NCBI GenBank assembly: GCA_002840355.1
Contig: PHAL01000003.1
Span: 7,808-71,807, forward strand
Length of the DNA stretch: 64,000 nt
Reading direction: 5' to 3'
From: Elusimicrobia bacterium HGW-Elusimicrobia-3
Lineage (GTDB): Bacteria > Elusimicrobiota > Elusimicrobia > Elusimicrobiales > UBA9959
In this document: one piece after another, positions 55,720 to 62,721 of the stretch
Layout of the letters: each line of letters starts with the position of its first letter
Numbering within the stretch: the first letter of the stretch is position 1
Made by a program: the position numbers and the translations under genes
The notes under the pieces: model-generated
What the model saw: only the letters and a program-made list of their open reading frames with translations
Told to the model about the DNA's origin: nothing
The model's database searches: none

Positions 55720-57048
55720 TTATTTTATTACCACCAGTTTGCCCGTCTTCCTGCTGGAGCCGGAAGTGACTTCCCACAGGTAGACGCCGCTGGCCACGGT
55801 CTGGCCGGAGGAATTTTTCAGGTCCCATTTCATCGACGGGGGCGCCGCTTGCAGCTCGCGCACCAGCGCCCCGGTGACGGTATAGATGCGGATCTTGCCG
55901 TAGGCCGGCAGGTTGGTGAAGGTTATCAGGTCGGCCCAGCTGCCGTACCTGGCCGCGTCGCCGGCGCCCGGCCTGAAAGGGACAGGGTAGGCATAGACCG
56001 GGCTCAGGTCCGCGTCCGGCACGGCCAGCAGGGCATAGTCCGAAAAATGAGAGACGGTCTGCGACACGGTCCTGGCGGCGCTGTCCACAAGAGCGCCGGC
56101 CTGGCGGACCCAGAGCCCTTTAGCCTCGTCGAGGCGCCAGACCGCCAGCGCGGAAGTCTTCAGCCGGGCGAGGGAACCGTCCACCAGCCCGTCGCCGTCG
56201 GCGTCGGCATAGGGCAGCGTCACCACGCAGGCGGAATTGGGCTGTATAGTGTTGCCGGCCGCGTCGTAGGGCGTCACGCTGAGCGTGCGCAAGAACTCGG
56301 GCGAGCCCGGCAGCGCGGCCAGCCTGGAGTTGGCTTCCCTGATCTCGGCGCGGGCGGCGTCCGTGGAGAGGGCCACGAAGAAGTCTTGCGGGTAGGCGTT
56401 GGCCGGGATGCGCACGCGCGCGGCGCGGTCGGAGAAAGCCGCGGCGGTATTGTCGGCCTGGTGGTCCATGATGACCGAGAAATACACGGTCGAGGCCGGC
56501 GCGAGCGGGGAACCGCTGACGTCGGCGATGGAAGAGGAAAAGCTGACGGCGAAGACCCCGCCCTTGGGCCAGGAGTCCTGCGGCGAGACCACCAGCTTGC
56601 TGCCCGAGTAGCCCACCGTGACCGTCCAGGTGGAATTCACGGCGTTGCCGGCGTTGTCGTAAACCTGCGTCACCGTAATTCCGTGGTCGGAGATCTCCCC
56701 GGCTATCTCGCCGCCGAAAACCAGGTCCAGGGTTTCCCCCGGCGTCATGCCCCACAGCCCGCCGTCGGCCAGCACCGAGGAGGTGGACGCGAGGGCGGCC
56801 AGCCCGGGGCTGACCACTTCGGCCGGCACCAGCGAGAGGTAGCCGGACCAGACTGAGGACGGCGCGGAAACCAGCAGACCGCCGCTGGCGCAATTATCAC
56901 CCACGGTGTAGGACAGGTCATAGGCCCCGGTAGAGGCGCTGACTACGGCCAGCGGAGCGTCGGAGGAGCGGATCTTCTCCCAGGCGCAGCTGGCGCCGGC
57001 CGGGAACAGGGGCAGGAGGAGCAATAAGAGGAGCGGGCTTTTTATCAT
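55720..57048 (-). CDS. Secreted Ig-like (Big_5/SbsA-type) protein with C-terminal T9SS type-A sorting / FlgD-Ig-like domain
   Basis: Signal peptide. C-terminal ~90 aa 'VYAYPVPFRPG...ITFTNLPAYGKIRIYTVTGALVREL...WDLKNSSGQTVASGVYLWEVTS...GKLVVIK' fits the Por_Secre_tail/FlgD_ig pattern. Confidence 0.65.
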   Translation of the reverse strand: MIKSPLLLLLLLPLFPAGASCAWEKIRSSDAPLAVVSASTGAYDLSYTVGDNCASGGLLVSAPSSVWSGYLSLVPAEVVSPGLAALASTSSVLADGGLWGMTPGETLDLVFGGEIAGEISDHGITVTQVYDNAGNAVNSTWTVTVGYSGSKLVVSPQDSWPKGGVFAVSFSSSIADVSGSPLAPASTVYFSVIMDHQADNTAAAFSDRAARVRIPANAYPQDFFVALSTDAARAEIREANSRLAALPGSPEFLRTLSVTPYDAAGNTIQPNSACVVTLPYADADGDGLVDGSLARLKTSALAVWRLDEAKGLWVRQAGALVDSAARTVSQTVSHFSDYALLAVPDADLSPVYAYPVPFRPGAGDAARYGSWADLITFTNLPAYGKIRIYTVTGALVRELQAAPPSMKWDLKNSSGQTVASGVYLWEVTSGSSRKTGKLVVIK

Positions 57049-57146
57049 ATCCGGTCAACCGGCCGAGAAGGCGCGATAATATACCCGTTTATTATATAAA
57101 ACGGGCGACGGAGTATAGGGATAAATGTCAACGCGGGGTTAACCTG

Positions 57147-58094
57147 CTACTTCTCCAGCCAGGCCGCGGCGCGCAAGCCTTTTAACTTCCCGGCGCCGGT
57201 CAGGCCTTCCACGTGGGCGTTATAGCGCGTCTGCACCGGCTTGTCCTTGCCCAAAGCGCCGGAAGCGGTGGCGTTCTGGACGAAACCCGCGTTCACCGGG
57301 AAAGCCGTGACCAGGTAGGCGTGCGCGGAGGCGGTATCGCTCACAGAATAGACGAGCAGGTGAGTGTTGCCGCCCGCGGGCGCCAGGAACGGGGCGAAGT
57401 CGGTGCGCAGCGTCACCCGGCGGCCGCCCGGGAGCGCGACCTCCTCGGTGAGCCGGGCGCGCTTCACGGCGGAGAAGGCGTATTTTTTCACGGCTCCGGA
57501 GCAGCTGCCCCCCGCTTTGCGCAGCGCGGCCCAGGCGGCGGGATCGTCCTTGAGGGCGATGCCGCCGGCGAGGCAGGTGATATTGGCCAGCAGGGTACCC
57601 TCCGAAGGCGAGGGCCCGGCGGAACCGGCCGCCAGGCCCAGGCCTTTCGCTATGTCCGGCTTCACCCAGCGCGCTCGCTTGAAGCCGAACTTGGTGGGCA
57701 GCAGGCTGAACAGGTAGCCGTAAGTATGCTCCAGCCCGGCGTGCGCTATCCGGCCGCGGGGCTGCGCGGCGCCCAGCCGCGAGGCGATGAAGGAAAGTAT
57801 CTCCGGGCGCACTATCTCGCCCTTGGCAAGCTCGTCGTAATTTATGCTCTCGCCCCAGAGCGCGAGCAGCCCGGGGGTAGCGCGGTCCTTGTCCATCTGG
57901 GCCAGCAGGCCCGGCAGCGACGCCTCGAAAACCTGTTCCAGGCCCGCGCCGGCGTCCGCGGCGGCGGCGAGCTCCCGGGCCGCCCCGGCCCAGGGGCAGT
58001 CCTCGGCCGCTTCGCCCGCCGCCGGGCAGGCGGCCGATAGCGGGACCAGCGGCAGGGTCAGCAGCGCGGCGCCGAGCAGGAGGCTCCTGATCAT
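57147..58094 (-). CDS. Hypothetical secreted protein
   Basis: 315 aa with signal peptide 'LLLGAALLTLPLVPLSA'. No family recognised. ATGA overlap with the upstream 103-aa gene. Confidence 0.55.
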   Translation of the reverse strand: MIRSLLLGAALLTLPLVPLSAACPAAGEAAEDCPWAGAARELAAAADAGAGLEQVFEASLPGLLAQMDKDRATPGLLALWGESINYDELAKGEIVRPEILSFIASRLGAAQPRGRIAHAGLEHTYGYLFSLLPTKFGFKRARWVKPDIAKGLGLAAGSAGPSPSEGTLLANITCLAGGIALKDDPAAWAALRKAGGSCSGAVKKYAFSAVKRARLTEEVALPGGRRVTLRTDFAPFLAPAGGNTHLLVYSVSDTASAHAYLVTAFPVNAGFVQNATASGALGKDKPVQTRYNAHVEGLTGAGKLKGLRAAAWLEK

Positions 58095-58402
58095 GCCAGC
58101 CTCCCGAAATCCGACGGGCTGACGGTGTAGTAGCGGGTGCCGCAGGGGTAACCGGGATACGGCCCGCAGCTCTCGTCCTGGCCCGCCGGGGCGGCCGTGC
58201 TCTTGTTGACGGAATTGGCGATGTCCTGCAGCGTCTCCGGCTTGGCCGGATTATCCGCCTGCGCGGGCTTCTGCGCCTTGAAGCAGGCGGCTAGCCCGGC
58301 CAGGCCGAAAGCCAGCAGCCCGAGTATGCCGAACCGCGCGACGCGGTTCACCTCGGCCCTGGTCAGGCCGGTCTTCTCTCCGAGTTCATAAAGTTTTTTC
58401 AT
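58091..58402 (-). CDS. Hypothetical single-pass membrane protein
   Basis: 103 aa. Short cytoplasmic N-terminus, TM 'FGILGLLAFGLAGLAAC', periplasmic tail ending in the Cys/Pro/Tyr-rich 'CGPYPGYPCGTRYY'. Confidence 0.5.
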   Translation of the reverse strand: MKKLYELGEKTGLTRAEVNRVARFGILGLLAFGLAGLAACFKAQKPAQADNPAKPETLQDIANSVNKSTAAPAGQDESCGPYPGYPCGTRYYTVSPSDFGRLA

Positions 58403-58448
58403 AACCCCTCCGCCGACTAGCTAAATTGATTCTATTATTTTTCCGGCC

Positions 58449-58480
58449 CGAAACAAAGCCGGCGCCCGAGGGGGCGCCGG
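58449..58480 (-). terminator. Hairpin terminator after the 56-aa lipoprotein gene
   Basis: Stem ccggcgccc (58459-58467) pairs with gggcgccgg (58472-58480). On the minus strand it is followed by ctttgttt. Confidence 0.55.
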
Positions 58481-58499
58481 CCGTTGTGCGGAAACCCGT

Positions 58500-58670
58500 T
58501 TACTTGCCGGCCTTCGGGGCTTCGGTCGCGGCGGCGGGAGCCGCGGCCTCTACGGCGGTGCCGGACACCTGGTCGGCGGCGACGGGGGCCACGACAGCCT
58601 CCTGCTTCTTGCAGGCTGCGGCCAGCATCAGCGCCACGAGGGGCAGTATGAACATTATGGTCTTCTTCAT
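58500..58670 (-). CDS. Small putative lipoprotein (56 aa), absent from the supplied ORF track
   Basis: Own translation: MKKTIMFILPLVALMLAAACKKQEAVVAPVAADQVSGTAVEAAAPAAATEAPKAGK. Lipobox-like 'LAAAC'. GGAGAAACAACA precedes the ATG, and the gene has its own terminator. Confidence 0.55.
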   Translation of the reverse strand: MKKTIMFILPLVALMLAAACKKQEAVVAPVAADQVSGTAVEAAAPAAATEAPKAGK

Positions 58671-58732
58671 TGTTGTTTCTCCTGTTGATGTACCGGGAAC
58701 TTAAGCGTTCCGCAGTTGTAATTCTTCAAAGC

Positions 58733-58761
58733 AAAAAAAAAGGCGGACCCGTGGTCCGCCC
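58733..58761 (-). terminator. Rho-independent terminator of the rSAM/methyltransferase operon
   Basis: Minus strand: ggcggacc(acg)ggtccgcc followed by ttttttttt, 23 nt after the stop at 58784. Confidence 0.75.
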
Positions 58762-58783
58762 CTGTATAGCAAAGCCTATAATA

Positions 58784-59767
58784 TTATCCCCCGCCGGAGC
58801 AAATCCCGCCCTCGCGGCGCCGGGCCAGCCTAAAAACCCAGGCGGCAGCCGCCTCGCGGGTAAACACCGCCGGCGCGCGGTCAGCCGGGGGCGGCCCGTG
58901 CGGCGCCGCGGCCCCGGCCAGGGCGGCCTTAAGCAGCTGCCGGCCCAGTTCAAGCGCCGAACGCGCCGCCCTGTCGGCGTCCTCCGCGCTGCCGTAATTA
59001 GCGAGAAATTCCGCCGCCAGGCGTCCCTGCAGCCCCCACTCCGCCAGTCGCGCGCAGGCCGCCGCCTCCGGCGAGGGACGCGGCTCGTTCTCTTCCGCCA
59101 GCGTAAAATATTCCAGCGCGGCGGGCGCGCTGACCAGGGCTTGCTCCAGTTCCGAGCCCGGGTCGCCCGCGCCGCCGGCCAGGCGCCTGACAGCCAGCTC
59201 CAGGCCGGCGCTCTCCTCCTCCCGCCCGAAAGCCGCCAGGCCCCTGTCCAGCAGGCGGCGCCGCAGCGCCGCGTTAAGGGCGGCCCGCTCGCCTTCCTTT
59301 TTCAACGCCTCGAAACGCAGGGCGGGTCGGTGCGGCTGGAACAGGAATTCAGTCACGGCGCGCGTCTCGAAACCGGCTTCGGCCAGGAGTTCGGCCAGCA
59401 GTTCTTTGGGGAAACAATAGGCGTGGCCCATGCCGGCGGTCTCGGGGCCGTAAACCCAGCCCAGCGCCGCCTCCCGCGCGGCGGCGTCTCCGGCGAGAAA
59501 GACGGAGAAAGTCTTCTCTATGTCCGGCGTCTCCAGCGTCAGCGTGCCGCCCGGCTTCAGGACGCGCCAGCATTCGGAGAGGAAATATTTGGCTTTAAAA
59601 AAACCGAGGTGTTCCACCAGCTGCAGGGCCTTAACCTCTTCCGCCGACGCGCTCTCCAGGCGCAGGTCATGCGCCTCCATCAGCGTGTCGGCCGCCGAGT
59701 CCGGGTTATTGTCGACGTTAAGCCAGCCTTCCAGGCGGTTATAGCCGCAGCCGATATTCAGTTTCAT
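58784..59767 (-). CDS. Class I SAM-dependent methyltransferase with Ala-rich helical C-terminal domain
   Basis: ATG 59767 ('MKLNIGCGYNRLEGWLNVD', motif I; 'VLKPGGTLTLETP'). ATGA overlap with the rSAM gene. The ORF-track start at 59908 is judged an extension. Confidence 0.75.
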   Translation of the reverse strand: MKLNIGCGYNRLEGWLNVDNNPDSAADTLMEAHDLRLESASAEEVKALQLVEHLGFFKAKYFLSECWRVLKPGGTLTLETPDIEKTFSVFLAGDAAAREAALGWVYGPETAGMGHAYCFPKELLAELLAEAGFETRAVTEFLFQPHRPALRFEALKKEGERAALNAALRRRLLDRGLAAFGREEESAGLELAVRRLAGGAGDPGSELEQALVSAPAALEYFTLAEENEPRPSPEAAACARLAEWGLQGRLAAEFLANYGSAEDADRAARSALELGRQLLKAALAGAAAPHGPPPADRAPAVFTREAAAAWVFRLARRREGGICSGGG

Positions 59768-60963
59768 TTGGCCTGTTCTCCGCCCCGCCCGCCGGAGAAA
59801 AAGCGGCCCAGCCGCCGGAATACTTCCGGCCCCGCCAGCCCGTTCAGCGCGCCGCGCCAGCCGGCCGGCTTCAGCTCCGGCAGGTATTCCTCGATGCTGC
59901 GGAAACAATAGGGGTCGTTATGCAGGCGGCCGGTCTTCATCAGCGACATCTCGCTGCAGCCGCCGCGGCAGGTCTCCAGCTCGGGACAGCCGGCGCAGTT
60001 GGGGCCGGCGTCCTCCTTTTTGAAACCCCGGGAGTAGGCAAAGCCCCCGGGCCTGTTCCAGATTTCGCGGAAACTGGACACGCGGACATTCCCCTCCACG
60101 TAGTTCTCGTCGTTCATGGCCAGACAGCCCATTACGCCGCCGTCGCTCCTGATGCCGGCCACCGAGATGCCGGCCTGGCAGCCCTCCCACTTCTCATAAA
60201 GCGCCACATTTTTCAGCAGGCCGGAGTGGTAGCCCAGGTCGTGCGCGCCTATCACCGGCAGCTCCTCCGGCGTGAATTCGCGGCGGCAAGCCTCCACAAA
60301 AAGACCGACGGCGTAGAACTCTTCCTTGTCCAGCAGGAATTCCCGGCTGAAGCGGCCGCCTTCGCCGCCGGCCGTCTGCACCTGCCAGGCGATGCCGCGC
60401 CCCTTGAGCAGGCCGCGCAGCGCCGGCAGTTCTTTGATATTCAGTTTGTGGACGGTAGTGATCACGCTGACAGGCAGCCCTTCGGACAGGCAGCGCGCTA
60501 TGAAGCCGGAGGCTTTTTCGAAAGCCCCCCGCATGCCCCGGATGCGGTCGTGCAAGGCCGGGTCGGCCGCGTCCAGGCTTACCGCCACGGCCCGTGGCCG
60601 CAGCTCCCGGAGCCCGGCGAAGATCTCCTCGGAATGAATAGTGCCGTTGGTGATGACGGAGAGCTCCATGCCGAGCTCACGCACCCGGCTGGCGATGGCG
60701 AAGAAATCGGGCCGCAGCAGCGGCTCTCCGCCCATCAGCGCCACGCCCCGGCAGCCGGCGCTCTTGAGGTCGTCGCAAAGCGCCAGCGCCTCGGCCGGGC
60801 TCAGCTCGGCGGCGCGCCGGCCGCCGGCCGTGGAGCCGCAATGCAGGCAGCCCAAATTGCAGGCCAGCGTCAGTTCCCAGACCGCGCAGGCCGGGACATA
60901 GTTTGAGTTCAATTCCCCTCCGCTCACAAAGCCTATGATACAACAGCCCGGCCCCCCAGGCAA
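59764..60963 (-). CDS. Radical SAM protein with C-terminal SPASM domain
   Basis: 'LTLACNLGCLHCGS' (CxxxCxxC) and a C-terminal Cys cluster 'CLAMNDE...CAGCPELETCRGGCSEMS...DPYCF'. Start uncertain: TTG 60963 or GTG 60927. Confidence 0.85.
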   Translation of the reverse strand: MPGGPGCCIIGFVSGGELNSNYVPACAVWELTLACNLGCLHCGSTAGGRRAAELSPAEALALCDDLKSAGCRGVALMGGEPLLRPDFFAIASRVRELGMELSVITNGTIHSEEIFAGLRELRPRAVAVSLDAADPALHDRIRGMRGAFEKASGFIARCLSEGLPVSVITTVHKLNIKELPALRGLLKGRGIAWQVQTAGGEGGRFSREFLLDKEEFYAVGLFVEACRREFTPEELPVIGAHDLGYHSGLLKNVALYEKWEGCQAGISVAGIRSDGGVMGCLAMNDENYVEGNVRVSSFREIWNRPGGFAYSRGFKKEDAGPNCAGCPELETCRGGCSEMSLMKTGRLHNDPYCFRSIEEYLPELKPAGWRGALNGLAGPEVFRRLGRFFSGGRGGEQAK

Positions 60964-61079
60964 GCCATTATTTGGAATAAACCCCTAGACCGCCTATAAA
61001 GGAAACAATTATAATATCTGCTACTGTTACTGTACGGTCTTGCCGGGAGCACCCGGATCTTCGTAAAGGGAGAACAAGC

Positions 61080-62681
61080 TTGACTTCAACCGCGCCGCGC
61101 ACGGAAACGCCCCTTTATCTGCCTTATTCAGCCGAAGCCTCCTCCTGCCTGAGGGACCTCGGCCGGCCGTACACCCTTAAGGACAGGGACGGCACTCCCG
61201 TTTTCACCCCCGGCCTCTCCGCCGGCGCGGCCGTGGTGCCCGCCTGCCTGCCTTCCCATCTCGGCGATCCCGCCTTCCTGGCCGCCCACGGCCTGAAGTT
61301 CGCCTATGTGGGCGGCTCCATGGCCAACGGCATCAGCTCCACGGAATTGGCCGAGGCTTTCGGCCGGGCCGGCATGCTGGGCTTCTACGGCGCGGCCGGC
61401 CAGCCGGTAGAGGAAGTGGGAAAAGCCATAGACCGCCTGCAGGCCGCCGGCGGCCTCCCCTACGGCTTCAATTTAATACACAGCCCCTCGGACCCGGCGC
61501 TGGAAACGGCCCTGGTGGACCTGTACCTCAAGCGCGGCGTGCGCCTGGTGGAGGCCTCGGCCTTCATCGGCCTGACCCTGCCGCTCATCCGCTTCCGCAC
61601 CAGCGGCATTTTCCGCAACGCCGCCGGCGGCATAGAGACCCCCAACCGCGTGATAGGCAAGGTTTCCCGCGTGGAAGTGGCCGAGCGCTTCTTCTCCCCG
61701 CCCGAAGCCAAATTTCTCAAAGAGCTGGTAGCCCGCGGCGAACTGACCAGCGAGCAGGCCGAGCTGGCCTCGCAGATCCCCGTGGCCGAGGACGTGACCG
61801 CCGAGGGCGACTCCGGCGGTCATACCGACAACCGCCCGCTGGTCAATTTGCTGCCCACCATCATCGCCCTGCGCGACCGCGTGCAGGCCGAACGCGGCTA
61901 CGCCGCGCCCCCCCGCGTGGGCGCCGGCGGCGGCATAGCCACCCCGGAGGCCGCGGCCGCGGCCTTCATGATGGGCGCGGCCTATGTCGTGACGGGCACC
62001 GTCAACCAGGCCTGCGCCGAATCCGGCACCACTGACCTGGTGCGCAGATTGCTGGCCGGCGCCGGCCAGGCCGACGTGGCCATGGCGGCCGCGGCCGACA
62101 TGTTCGAGATGGGCGTCAAGGTGCAGATCCTCAAGCGCGGCACCATGTTCGCCATGCGCGCCAACAAGCTCTACGACTACTACCGCGCCTATAACGGCTT
62201 CGAGGAGATCCCCGCCGACATCCGGGCGACGCTGGAGCGCGACTATTTCCGCAAGCCCTTCGCCGAGGTCTGGGCCGGCACCCGCGAGTATTTCCTGAAG
62301 CGCGACCCGGCGCAGGCCGAGCGCGCCGAGCGCGAGCCCCGGCACAAGCTGGCGCTGGTCTTCCGCTGGTATCTCAGCCAGACCTCGCGCTGGCCGCTGG
62401 CCGGAGACGAGAGCCGCAAGCTGGACTACCAGATCTGGTGCGGCCCGGCCATGGGCGCCTTCAACGAATGGGCCCGGGGCTCTTTCCTGGAAGCCCCGGA
62501 GAACCGCGCGGCCGTCACCGTGGCCCAAAACCTGCTCGCCGGCGCCGCGGCGCTCACCCGCCTGCACGCGCTGCGCTGCCAGGGCGTGGCCGCCGATTCC
62601 AGGCTGGCCAGGCAGGAACCCCGGACCGGGGAAGAGCTGTCCCGTTTTTTTAACAGCAGTATAAACTCGGTTAGGGGTTAA
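61080..62681 (+). CDS. pfaD: PfaD-family enoyl reductase (PUFA/polyketide-type secondary lipid synthase, FMN-dependent)
   Basis: TTG start with AGGGAG 8 nt upstream. 'LGDPAFLAAHGLKFAYVGGSMANGISSTELAEAFGRAGMLGFYGAAG' and 'GFNLIHSP' match the PfaD N-terminal pattern. Confidence 0.85.
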   Translation: MTSTAPRTETPLYLPYSAEASSCLRDLGRPYTLKDRDGTPVFTPGLSAGAAVVPACLPSHLGDPAFLAAHGLKFAYVGGSMANGISSTELAEAFGRAGMLGFYGAAGQPVEEVGKAIDRLQAAGGLPYGFNLIHSPSDPALETALVDLYLKRGVRLVEASAFIGLTLPLIRFRTSGIFRNAAGGIETPNRVIGKVSRVEVAERFFSPPEAKFLKELVARGELTSEQAELASQIPVAEDVTAEGDSGGHTDNRPLVNLLPTIIALRDRVQAERGYAAPPRVGAGGGIATPEAAAAAFMMGAAYVVTGTVNQACAESGTTDLVRRLLAGAGQADVAMAAAADMFEMGVKVQILKRGTMFAMRANKLYDYYRAYNGFEEIPADIRATLERDYFRKPFAEVWAGTREYFLKRDPAQAERAEREPRHKLALVFRWYLSQTSRWPLAGDESRKLDYQIWCGPAMGAFNEWARGSFLEAPENRAAVTVAQNLLAGAAALTRLHALRCQGVAADSRLARQEPRTGEELSRFFNSSINSVRG

Positions 62682-62721
62682 GCCCCTGGCGCCGCCGCGG
62701 GGCGGCTCCGACTAGGATACC

